DNA of 64,000 nucleotides, taken from Patescibacteria group bacterium (GTDB lineage: Bacteria; Patescibacteriota; SICC01). The notes beneath the pieces were generated by a model. The model was not told the DNA's origin, ran no database searches, and worked only from the letters and a program-made list of their open reading frames with translations. The translations under genes were made by a program, and so were the position numbers. Positions 38,212 through 46,242 of the stretch are shown here, in pieces; the stretch's first letter is position 1, and every line of letters starts with the position of its first letter. Where the stretch lies: NCBI GenBank assembly GCA_040902515.1, contig JBBDXB010000006.1, positions 2,219-66,218 on the forward strand, given 5' to 3'.

Positions 38212-39113
38212 GCGCTCATCTCGCGCAGCGCCTGCACTCGCTTGACGATCGGCGGATGGGTGTTGAAAAGCCCGGCGAACCAGGACTGGGCGTCCTTCTT
38301 GTGGTCCTTGAGCGGATTGGCGATGAAGAGGTGGGCCGTCGCCTTGTTGGCCGAACGGAGCGGCTTATGGTCGCGGTCGATCTTCTCGAGCGCCCGGGCC
38401 AACCCTTCCGGGTAGCGGGTCAGGAGCGCACCTGTGGCGTCCGCCATGTATTCCCGCCGCCGCGAGATCGCCAGCTGGATCAGCATCGCGAAGATCGGCG
38501 AGAGCAGCACGAGCACGAACCCGACGATCATCAGGATCAACCGGAGCTGGCCGCCCTCGCGACTCGATCCCCCGCCGAAGAATGCCATCCGCAGGAAGAA
38601 GTCGGCGAGCAGCGTGACGATACCGACCAGTACGACCACGATCATCATCAGCCGGATGTCGTAGTTTCCGACGTGGGCCAGCTCATGGGCGATCACGCCT
38701 TCCAGCTCCTCGTTCTCGAGCTTCTTGACGATGCCGGTGGTCACGGCGACCGAGGCCTTCTCGGGATTCCGCCCCGTGGCAAACGCGTTCGGCGCCGGGT
38801 CGTCGATCACGTAGACCTTCGGCATCGGCAGCCCGGCGGTGATCGCCAGGTTCTCGACCATATTGTAGACGTAGGGATTGTCTTCTTTTTGGATTTGCTT
38901 AGCCCCGGCCGTCGCCAGGGCGACCTTGTCGCCGCCGAAGTACGAGAACAGCGACATCGCGACCGAGATACCGACCGCCAGGACCAGAATCGTTGGGTCG
39001 CCGAAGTAGTACGACGCGAACCAGCCGACCGCCATGATCAAGAGTGCAAAGAATAGAAGGTAGAACAAGGAGCGGGCCTTGTTGCGTGATACCTGCGTGT
39101 AGAGCGTCGCCAT
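38208..39113 (-). CDS. htpX: Zinc metalloprotease HtpX (M48)
   Basis: PNAFATG, HELAH, SRRREYMAD, THPP. Confidence 0.95.
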   Translation of the reverse strand: MATLYTQVSRNKARSLFYLLFFALLIMAVGWFASYYFGDPTILVLAVGISVAMSLFSYFGGDKVALATAGAKQIQKEDNPYVYNMVENLAITAGLPMPKVYVIDDPAPNAFATGRNPEKASVAVTTGIVKKLENEELEGVIAHELAHVGNYDIRLMMIVVVLVGIVTLLADFFLRMAFFGGGSSREGGQLRLILMIVGFVLVLLSPIFAMLIQLAISRRREYMADATGALLTRYPEGLARALEKIDRDHKPLRSANKATAHLFIANPLKDHKKDAQSWFAGLFNTHPPIVKRVQALREMSA

Positions 39114-39121
39114 GACGGCGC

Positions 39122-39685
39122 CTAGAACTTCACGTCGACCGGCTGCTTGGCCGACGCGGCCTCGCTCTCGTCGAGCTCGAAGAATTCTCGCTGCTTGAAG
39201 CGGAACAGACCGGCCACCACATTGCTCGGAAACTGCTCGATCTTCGTGTTGAGGTCACGGACGTTCGCGTTGTAGAACCGCCGCGCCGCCATGATCTTGT
39301 TTTCGGTATCGGACAGCTCGTCCTGCAGCTTCTGGAAGTTCTCGGTTGCCCGCAGGTCCGGGTAGTTCTCCGCCACCGCGAAGACGCTCTTCAACGCATC
39401 GGTCAACATGTTCTCGGCCTTGGCCTGTTCCTGCACGCCGCCGGCGTTGATCGCCGCGGTCCGTGCCTTGGTCACGTTCTCGAAGAGCTGCTTCTCGTGC
39501 TTGGCATACCCCTTCACCGTATCGACCAGGTTCGGGATCAGGTCGTAGCGGCGCTTGAGCTGCACGTCGATATCCGACCATGCCTCTTCCGACCGGTTCC
39601 GTAGTTGTACCAGGCTGTTATAGATGACGACGAGTGCCAGCACGAGGATGCCGGCGACGATCAGGAGAATCAAGGTAAGATTCAT
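39122..39685 (-). CDS. lemA: LemA family protein
   Basis: [34 protein letters not shown]. Confidence 0.95.
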   Translation of the reverse strand: MNLTLILLIVAGILVLALVVIYNSLVQLRNRSEEAWSDIDVQLKRRYDLIPNLVDTVKGYAKHEKQLFENVTKARTAAINAGGVQEQAKAENMLTDALKSVFAVAENYPDLRATENFQKLQDELSDTENKIMAARRFYNANVRDLNTKIEQFPSNVVAGLFRFKQREFFELDESEAASAKQPVDVKF

Positions 39686-39741
39686 GACCCTTCCAGCCTA
39701 CCGCGAACCGAATGGACGGTACAGGTGCCGGATGACCGACC

Positions 39742-40167
39742 CTACTCTTGCGGGATCGTCAGCGTCTGGCCGACGCGAAGGATCGTCTGGCGGGTGACGT
39801 CTTCGTTCGCCTCGACGATCGCATCGATCGAGGTGCCGGTCTTCTCGGCGATCCTCCCGAGGGTATCACCGGGTTGGACTTCGTATTCCGTGACTCCCTC
39901 CTGAGGCTGGGGTGTCTCGGCCGGCGTTTCCGTCGGCACCGCGGCGGGGGGCGATTGCGGCCCCACGCCCGACGGGAGGACACACCCCCGGAATGTGACC
40001 AGGAGCAACAAGCCGGTCGCCACCAACAGGCTGATGAACCACTGGCGCTCGCTCATTCCCCGCGGACCGCGGACGGTCGGGCCTTCCGGCGTACGGGATG
40101 CACCCTCACGGACCTGCGTACGGGAACGTGGCTTTTCGTCGGACTGTTCGATTCTGACTTTGACCAT
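39742..40167 (-). CDS. Membrane-anchored LysM domain protein
   Basis: TM segment then YEVQPGDTLGRIA..LRVGQTLTIP. Confidence 0.9.
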   Translation of the reverse strand: MVKVRIEQSDEKPRSRTQVREGASRTPEGPTVRGPRGMSERQWFISLLVATGLLLLVTFRGCVLPSGVGPQSPPAAVPTETPAETPQPQEGVTEYEVQPGDTLGRIAEKTGTSIDAIVEANEDVTRQTILRVGQTLTIPQE

Positions 40168-40883
40168 TAGGGGATGTTGATTACCTGCCCGGGCTGGAAT
40201 TCGATCGGGCGTTTGTTTCCGCCGTTCACCCGGGAGATCTCTTCCGGCGTCTCATCGAAACGCTCGGCGATCGATTCAAGTGTATCACCGGCCTGGACGG
40301 TGTACGCACGTACGCCGTCTTCCGATGGGGCCGTCGGATCCGCGAGACCGGGACTGGCGATCGGGGTTTCTTCGACGAACGCCGAGGGTTCCGGCGACGG
40401 CGCTGCTTGTTCCTCGCTCGCACGTTGATACTCGATACCCACATACCCGCCGATCAGGATCACGGCAAGCGCCGCGAGGGCGGACGGCCACTTGCTGACC
40501 CGCCGCTTCGTCTTCCCGGTAGCCGCCCGGTTCCCCGCTTGTCGCGGAGTCTGCTGCTGTGCCGCGGAGGTCGCACGGGCACGCTGCGCGGCCTCTTGGC
40601 GCGCGCGTTCCTCGGCCTCCCGAGCGGCTTTGGCGCGCGCCGCGGCAGCTGCTTCTTCCTGCCGCATCCGTTCGACCAGGTCGACCTTCAGATCCGACTG
40701 GGGGGACGAAGTATCCTGTTGCAGACTCCGCGCCCAGCCCGGCATGGTAACCCCGCTGCCGGGTTTCTCATGCAAGCCGGCCTCCTCCGAACCCTGATGA
40801 GCGCCCGGGGACGAAGCATCAATCCGTTGCGGAGATTGTTCCGGCTGATCGTCCGGCTGCCCCTGTTGGTGTTCCGGCTCCAT
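40167..40883 (-). CDS. Membrane-anchored LysM domain protein
   Basis: TM segment then YTVQAGDTLESIA..PGQVINIP. Confidence 0.9.
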   Translation of the reverse strand: MEPEHQQGQPDDQPEQSPQRIDASSPGAHQGSEEAGLHEKPGSGVTMPGWARSLQQDTSSPQSDLKVDLVERMRQEEAAAAARAKAAREAEERARQEAAQRARATSAAQQQTPRQAGNRAATGKTKRRVSKWPSALAALAVILIGGYVGIEYQRASEEQAAPSPEPSAFVEETPIASPGLADPTAPSEDGVRAYTVQAGDTLESIAERFDETPEEISRVNGGNKRPIEFQPGQVINIP

Positions 40884-40918
40884 GCCGTCAGTCTAGCGGA
40901 ATCAGAGACCGGCTTCCT

Positions 40919-41003
40919 TGGTGCCGGGAGCAGGACTCGAACCTGCACGCCTTGCGGCCGTGGATTTTAAGTCCACTGCGTCTGCCAGTTCCGCCATCCC
41001 GGC
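40919..41003 (-). tRNA. tRNA-Leu(TAA)
   Basis: GTGGA-CTTAAAA-TCCAC anticodon arm, long variable arm, encoded CCA. Confidence 0.95.
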
Positions 41004-41026
41004 TGGTTGTTAACCTTTCAGGCTTG

Positions 41027-41097
41027 AGGCGACGGGCGGAATTGAACCGCCGTACGGGGTTTTGCAGACCCCTGCCTAACCACTCGGCCACGTCGCC
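41027..41097 (-). tRNA. tRNA-Cys(GCA)
   Basis: Cloverleaf with CTGCAAA loop, U73. Confidence 0.95.
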
Positions 41098-41126
41098 GTA
41101 TGGCCATTGTAGAGGAAGTCGCGTTG

Positions 41127-41200
41127 AGCGGGTGATCGGATTCGAACCGACGACCTTCTCCATGGCAAGGAGACGCTCTAGCCAGCTGAGCTACACCCGC
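41127..41200 (-). tRNA. tRNA-Gly(GCC)
   Basis: GCGGGTG acceptor, TCTCC-TTGCCAT-GGAGA. Confidence 0.95.
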
Positions 41201-41248
41201 AACAGCATAAAGTATAGCAACTGTACGGACGGCTGCTCAATCAGGTTG

Positions 41249-41320
41249 TGCCGGGACCCAGATTCGAACTGGGGACGCCTGGCTCTTCAGGCCAGCGCTC
41301 TACCACTGAGCTATCCCGGC
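41249..41320 (-). tRNA. tRNA-Phe(GAA)
   Basis: CTGGC-CTGAAGA-GCCAG. Confidence 0.95.
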
Positions 41321-41380
41321 GCGTCGTCTCGGACAGGAACCAGTATACCAACGAACCGCCGGATCCTCGCCTTTTCACGC

Positions 41381-41758
41381 AAAAAAGAAGGGGCCCGGCG
41401 CTAGTCTCAATCACATGACGGCGATATGTGGAGAGAAGAGCAGCCTGGGCCCCGGGTCACGAGGAGGTTCGGGGGTGAAAGCTCCATCGTGACCGTGTGT
41501 GACGCATATCCCTGTTACCCTGGTCTGTCCAGGCCCTGGTCCATGCAGGTCTACGCGTCACGATCCGTCGTCATGTCTGTATGCTCTTCGCGGTCGTTCC
41601 GGGAGGATGCGAAGAACGCGACAGCGGACGACGGACGTTTGGAAAAACGGGAAGTTGTTAACCCTGCTCACATGAGCGGACGATTAGCATATCCGCTCCG
41701 CCTGATCATCGCAAGGGGCCATATGCCAAAACACGATCACCCGGATGATGTCCGTCGT
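41381..41758 (-). ncRNA. Candidate structured non-coding RNA downstream of tRNA-Val
   Basis: At least 6 stems in ~380 nt ending in a long hairpin plus U-tract; no convincing ORF. Confidence 0.5.
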
Positions 41759-41759
41759 G

Positions 41760-41833
41760 TGGGCACTGAGGGACTCGAACCCCCGACCCCCTCGGTGTAA
41801 ACGAGGTGCTCTAGCCAGCTGAGCTAAGTGCCC
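41760..41833 (-). tRNA. tRNA-Val(TAC)
   Basis: CCTCG-TTTACAC-CGAGG. Confidence 0.95.
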
Positions 41834-41857
41834 GATGTGGGATGTTCCGGCCGTATG

Positions 41858-41942
41858 TGCCGAGGAGAGGACTCGAACCTCCACGAGCGCAATGCTCACA
41901 GGCCCCTCAAGCCTGCGCGTCTACCAGTTCCGCCACCTCGGC
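41858..41942 (-). tRNA. tRNA-Leu(GAG)
   Basis: CAGGC-TTGAGGG-GCCTG, long variable arm. Confidence 0.95.
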
Positions 41943-41976
41943 ATGTTAAGCAACTTCCCCATGATATCGGGAAATG

Positions 41977-42060
41977 TGCCGGAGAGAGGAGTCGAACCTC
42001 CACGGGGTTGCCCCCACACGGCCCTGAACCGTGCGCGTCTGCCAGTTCCGCCACTCCGGC
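41977..42060 (-). tRNA. tRNA-Leu(CAG)
   Basis: CACGG-TTCAGGG-CCGTG, long variable arm. Confidence 0.95.
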
Positions 42061-42097
42061 GCGTTGCCTGCCGATTCCGGCAGACCCAGCCCTCTGA

Positions 42098-42319
42098 TTA
42101 TACAAATAGAATCGCGAATGCGATGCCCACGAAGGCGACCGCCGCGAAGATCGTCAGGTAGTGCAGGACCTTCTCCGCACCGCGTCGCTGGTAATTCACC
42201 GAGCTGTCAGCACCGCCGAACGTCTGCGAGAGCGCCACGCCGCGGTTCTGGAGCAGGATCAGCGTGATCAGCCACATCGCATCCACCACTAGCGCCACCT
42301 GCAGGATCGTCTTCATCAC
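42098..42319 (-). CDS. secG: Preprotein translocase subunit SecG
   Basis: Two TMs, LILLQNRGVALSQTFGG, RRGAEKVL; followed by tRNA-Leu. Confidence 0.88.
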   Translation of the reverse strand: MMKTILQVALVVDAMWLITLILLQNRGVALSQTFGGADSSVNYQRRGAEKVLHYLTIFAAVAFVGIAFAILFV

Positions 42320-42708
42320 TGGTTAAGCTCCTTCTTGGCCTTGTCCCAGTGGCTGCGGTCGATGTCCTTGAGCAGCGCATGCAGGATGAAGTTCACTACG
42401 CCGACCACCACCGCAGCGCCGACCGTCTGCCAGAACCCGAAGACCTCGAATCCGGGCACCACGATGCTCGTGAACCAGAGCATCAGCGCGTTCACCACGA
42501 AGATGAACAGGCCGAACGTCAGGACGATCGCCGGCAGGCTGAGGATGGTCACGACCGGCCGGATCAGCACGTTGATGACGCCGAACGCGAAGGCCGCGAA
42601 CAGCAGCGTGAAGAAGCTTTCGCCGTAGCCGACGAGGCCGAGCAGTGCCGCTACGAAGATTCCCAGCAGGTTGGCGGCGAAACCGTACGCGATCCGTGAT
42701 GCGTCCAT
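42316..42708 (-). CDS. 4-TM 'phage holin family' (YvlD/DUF360) membrane protein
   Basis: NVLIRPVVTILSLP..TFGLFIFVVNALML. Confidence 0.88.
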   Translation of the reverse strand: MDASRIAYGFAANLLGIFVAALLGLVGYGESFFTLLFAAFAFGVINVLIRPVVTILSLPAIVLTFGLFIFVVNALMLWFTSIVVPGFEVFGFWQTVGAAVVVGVVNFILHALLKDIDRSHWDKAKKELNQ

Positions 42709-42757
42709 GCGCCTTACAGCGTACCGTCAGGTGCTTTCCGGCACAACCGAACGGATT

Positions 42758-44602
42758 CTAGAGGTTTTCTTTCACCGCCCGGCCGGCCGCCTTGCCGACG
42801 ACCGCCTGGACCGCCGGGAGAGGCGCTTCCCGTACGCCCTTCACCGAGCCGAACGCCCGGATCAACTGCCGTTTCTTGGCCGGGCCGATGCCTGGCACGG
42901 TATCCAACACGGAGCCGGACACCGTCTTCCGGTGTGCACTGCGGCCATAGGCGATCGCGAAACGGTGTGCTTCGTCCCGAAGCTGCTGGAGCAAGAGCGA
43001 GCCCGGGGCATCTTTCGGCAGCGTGGCGAGCGCCGATCGCCCGCCGTCCCAGCGGTAGGTTTCCTCGAACCGCTTGGCCAGCCCGATCAACGGCAGGTCG
43101 GAAAGGCCGAGTTCGGCGAGGATGCCGGCGGCGGCGGATACCTGTCCTTTCCCACCGTCTATCACCACCAGGTCGGGCAGCGTCCCGAAGGAGGCATCAT
43201 CGGACTCCTGACCGACCGCGGCCACGCGCTTGAACCGGCGCCGGAGCACCTCCCGGAGCGACGCGAAGTCATCCACGCCTTGTACACCGGCGACCTTGAA
43301 CCGCCGGTAGTGTGCCGGGGCCGGTGCGCCGTCACGGAAGACCACCATCGAGCCGACGGTCGCCGTCCCGCCGAGCGTCGAGATGTCATAACACTCGATC
43401 CGGGCCGGTGGCGTATCGAGACCGAGCGCAGTCGACAATCCCGCCAATCCCTGCTCGCGCCGGGCCGCCTCCGCGTTCCAGCGGGACGTGATCCGAGTCA
43501 GTTCCTCCCGGGCGTTCTCCTCCGCCAATTCCAGGAGCTTCCGGCGGTGGCCGCGCCGCGGCACCGTGACCGGCACCTTCCGGCCGCGCCGCTCCGAGAG
43601 ATATCCGGCGACCGCCGCGGCACCGGCGACCTCGAGCGGGACCAATACTTCGTCGGGCAGACTCGTGGCCGCCTTGTAGTACTGTCCCAGGAACCCGTCG
43701 AGCAGTTCCGCATCCGCGCTTCCCCGGGCGCCCTGCAATCCGAAGTCTTTCCGCGCCACGATCCGCCCCTGCCGGACGGTCAGGAGCAACGCCACGGCGT
43801 GCGCATCCTCGCGGGCCAGTCCGATCACGTCACGGTCGGCAAGCTTGGGGTCCACCGCCTGCTGCCGTGCGAGCAACGACTCCAGGCTTTCCAGCCGGTC
43901 ACGAATCCGGGCGGCTTGTTCGAATGCTTGTCGCCGGGCGGCGGCCCGCATATCCGTACGCAACCGCGACTGGACCGTGTCGGTCTTTCCATCCAGTGCA
44001 CGGATCAGTCCTTCGATGTTCCGCCGATAGTCTTCCTCGGAGATCTTCCCGTACTGCGGCGACGGACAGAGCCCCAGGTGATAGTAGAGGCACGGCCGCG
44101 ACCGGGACGGGTCGTCGCAGGGATCGTTCGGCAGGCAGTACGGAAAGACCTTCCGGAGCGTGCGGAGCGTCCGGCGCACCGCGTGGCCGTCGGTGTAGGG
44201 ACCGAAGTACCTCGCCCGTTTGTCGGTGACCCGCCGGGCCGTAGTCACCCGCGGATACCGTTCACCGAGCGTCACCTTGATGAACAGGTAGTGTTTGTCA
44301 TCCCGCAACCGCACGTTGTACGGCGGCCGGTATTGCTTGATGAAGTTCGATTCCAGCAGCAACGCCTCGACCTCGTTGGAGGTCACGACGGTGTCGATGG
44401 AAGCGACCTTGGGTACGAGCACCCGGAGCTTGGAATCGGCCGCGGAGCGTTTCTGGAAGTAGCTGCGTACGCGGCTGCGGAGCCGCTTGGCCTTCCCCAC
44501 GTACAGCATCTTCCCGGCCTCGTCTTTGAACAGGTAGACGCCGGGCTTGGCGGGCAGCTCCGCGAGCTGATGCCGGACGCGGTGGTGCGGTACGTGGTCC
44601 AT
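42758..44602 (-). CDS. uvrC: Excinuclease ABC subunit C
   Basis: PGVYLF, YVGKAKRLRSRV, RIECYDIS, DGGKGQ, RDEAHRFA; start re-set to ATG 44602. Confidence 0.96.
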   Translation of the reverse strand: MDHVPHHRVRHQLAELPAKPGVYLFKDEAGKMLYVGKAKRLRSRVRSYFQKRSAADSKLRVLVPKVASIDTVVTSNEVEALLLESNFIKQYRPPYNVRLRDDKHYLFIKVTLGERYPRVTTARRVTDKRARYFGPYTDGHAVRRTLRTLRKVFPYCLPNDPCDDPSRSRPCLYYHLGLCPSPQYGKISEEDYRRNIEGLIRALDGKTDTVQSRLRTDMRAAARRQAFEQAARIRDRLESLESLLARQQAVDPKLADRDVIGLAREDAHAVALLLTVRQGRIVARKDFGLQGARGSADAELLDGFLGQYYKAATSLPDEVLVPLEVAGAAAVAGYLSERRGRKVPVTVPRRGHRRKLLELAEENAREELTRITSRWNAEAARREQGLAGLSTALGLDTPPARIECYDISTLGGTATVGSMVVFRDGAPAPAHYRRFKVAGVQGVDDFASLREVLRRRFKRVAAVGQESDDASFGTLPDLVVIDGGKGQVSAAAGILAELGLSDLPLIGLAKRFEETYRWDGGRSALATLPKDAPGSLLLQQLRDEAHRFAIAYGRSAHRKTVSGSVLDTVPGIGPAKKRQLIRAFGSVKGVREAPLPAVQAVVGKAAGRAVKENL

Positions 44603-44689
44603 CACCGCAATTGTACTGGCTGTCGGCGGAATTGTGCGTCGGCCGCATGCCGATGCACACCAGGCCGGAACACTCAAGGTTCAGGTAAG

Positions 44690-44750
44690 AAAAAAGGGCT
44701 GCGTCGTGTGATGTTGATCGAATGATCAGACAAAACACGGCCGCAGCCCC
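44690..44750 (-). terminator. Long-stem terminator-like hairpin
   Basis: GGGCTGCG...TGATC-ATTC-GATCA...CGCAGCCC followed by TTTTTT. Confidence 0.7.
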
Positions 44751-44767
44751 GATATCACCCCTTTTCG

Positions 44768-46057
44768 TTACGAGCCGTTATCGGCGTCGTCGTTTTCTTG
44801 TTGTTTCCGAGCCTCCTGCCTGGTGATCTCCTCCTTGACGAGCTCAGGCGTCACCAACAGCTCTTCCATGATCTTGTCGTTGTCGGTGATGCTCTTGAGC
44901 CGCTTCAACGGGATCACGCCGGTTTTACGGGCAATACCCGTGGAGACGGCAGTGGCGATGAACTGCCGCTGCAGAATCCACACCAACTCCGAGATTCCGG
45001 CGCCCGTCTCGTCGACCTCCTTTTGGGAGACCTCCATGTCGTCGAACGCCTTCTTGAGGATCCTGTCCTTGTTGAGATCAAACAGGCGACCTTGTTTGAT
45101 CTGCGGCCATAACTCCTCGACGACCAGCTCGCGGGCAGCCGGTGTCAGCTTCTGCCACGCCTCCATGAACTCATCGTCATCACGGAGATGCTCGAGGAAC
45201 GCACTCTCCTGCTCGGAAGCAGGCTGGTAGCCCTCCTCGGGCTGCTGTCCCTCATCGTCATCATCGCTTGGAATCCGCTGGGCAGATCGGGAAAACGCGA
45301 ACACGGCGGCGAGCAAAAGCAACGCGATGCCGTATCCGGCCTGGTCGAACCTGCCATCCTTCCAGATGGTCAGACCGATACCGGACCGCCCCTCGATGTC
45401 TCCGAAGAGCAGCCAGGACGCCAGATAGGTCCCGATGATGATCGCAGAGACCGTCATGCCCGGGAGGAACCCGAACAGCCACACCAGCAGCACGGCCAGT
45501 ATGCCAAGGATCGCCAACGCAGCCGCGGCCGCCTCCGCCACCGTCCCGATGAACTCGAGACCAAGGAAGAGGTTGGCCAACATGGCCGCCCCAAGGAACA
45601 CCAGGGTGCCGATCAGCGAAACCGTGTCTCGCTTAGCCAGATACATCAGGCCGAACAGGATCGTCAGCAGCGCCAAGCCTCCGACGACAAAACCGCGCTC
45701 CATGTCACCGGTCACGCCACCTTCGGCGATACCCGAGAACCACCCGAGGATTCCGAAGATTCCCAGGACGGCTAGCGGCACGGCGGCGGCACGGATCCGG
45801 TTCCTGCTAAGGAGGAAGAATGCCGCAAGGCCTCCACCCAACTGCACCACCAGCAACAAGTGGCCGCCGAGAATCAGCACGAGGGCCACGATCGCGATCA
45901 GTGCAGCGGCCAACATCCGGCCGATCAGGCCGAGGCCGTCGATCAGCTCGGTGGTCCGCTCGAACCGATCCTTCGGTACGCTACGACTGACCACCTGGTA
46001 CAGCTGCCGCGCACGCTCCCGACGCTTCTGCTGCTCCTGAGTGGGATCCCCGTTCAT
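44768..46057 (-). CDS. Hypothetical polytopic membrane protein with acidic C-terminal domain
   Basis: ~8 TM segments; SD-like GGGGGTGG before ATG 46057. Confidence 0.75.
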   Translation of the reverse strand: MNGDPTQEQQKRRERARQLYQVVSRSVPKDRFERTTELIDGLGLIGRMLAAALIAIVALVLILGGHLLLVVQLGGGLAAFFLLSRNRIRAAAVPLAVLGIFGILGWFSGIAEGGVTGDMERGFVVGGLALLTILFGLMYLAKRDTVSLIGTLVFLGAAMLANLFLGLEFIGTVAEAAAAALAILGILAVLLVWLFGFLPGMTVSAIIIGTYLASWLLFGDIEGRSGIGLTIWKDGRFDQAGYGIALLLLAAVFAFSRSAQRIPSDDDDEGQQPEEGYQPASEQESAFLEHLRDDDEFMEAWQKLTPAARELVVEELWPQIKQGRLFDLNKDRILKKAFDDMEVSQKEVDETGAGISELVWILQRQFIATAVSTGIARKTGVIPLKRLKSITDNDKIMEELLVTPELVKEEITRQEARKQQENDDADNGS

Positions 46058-46173
46058 GGGACCACCCCCTTTCCGAATCGAATTGTTCAGGTTCTTTTTG
46101 ACGTCCGTTTCCCTCAAGCGAGGCACTCGCCTCAGGGAAACGGTCGGCCGTCTGCATACGCAGAAAGCGCTTA

Positions 46174-46202
46174 ACCATAATATTTTTACTCCTTCCTGTC
46201 AA
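46174..46202 (-). promoter_or_regulatory. sigma70-type promoter
   Basis: TTGACA-N17-TATGGT. Confidence 0.7.
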
Positions 46203-46242
46203 GTCAGGAAGGAGTCATCGTAGCAAGCGGGGACAGGCGCGG

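Noticed and set aside
41381-41758. RNase P RNA, tmRNA, SRP RNA or group I intron identity
   Set aside because: No GAGGAAAGUCC, no T-arm/CCA tRNA-like domain and no SRP motif; a GAGACTA word is present but its P7 partner was not found
42316-42708. 'Phage holin' as evidence of a prophage
   Set aside because: YvlD-type proteins are commonly chromosomal; no phage genes nearby
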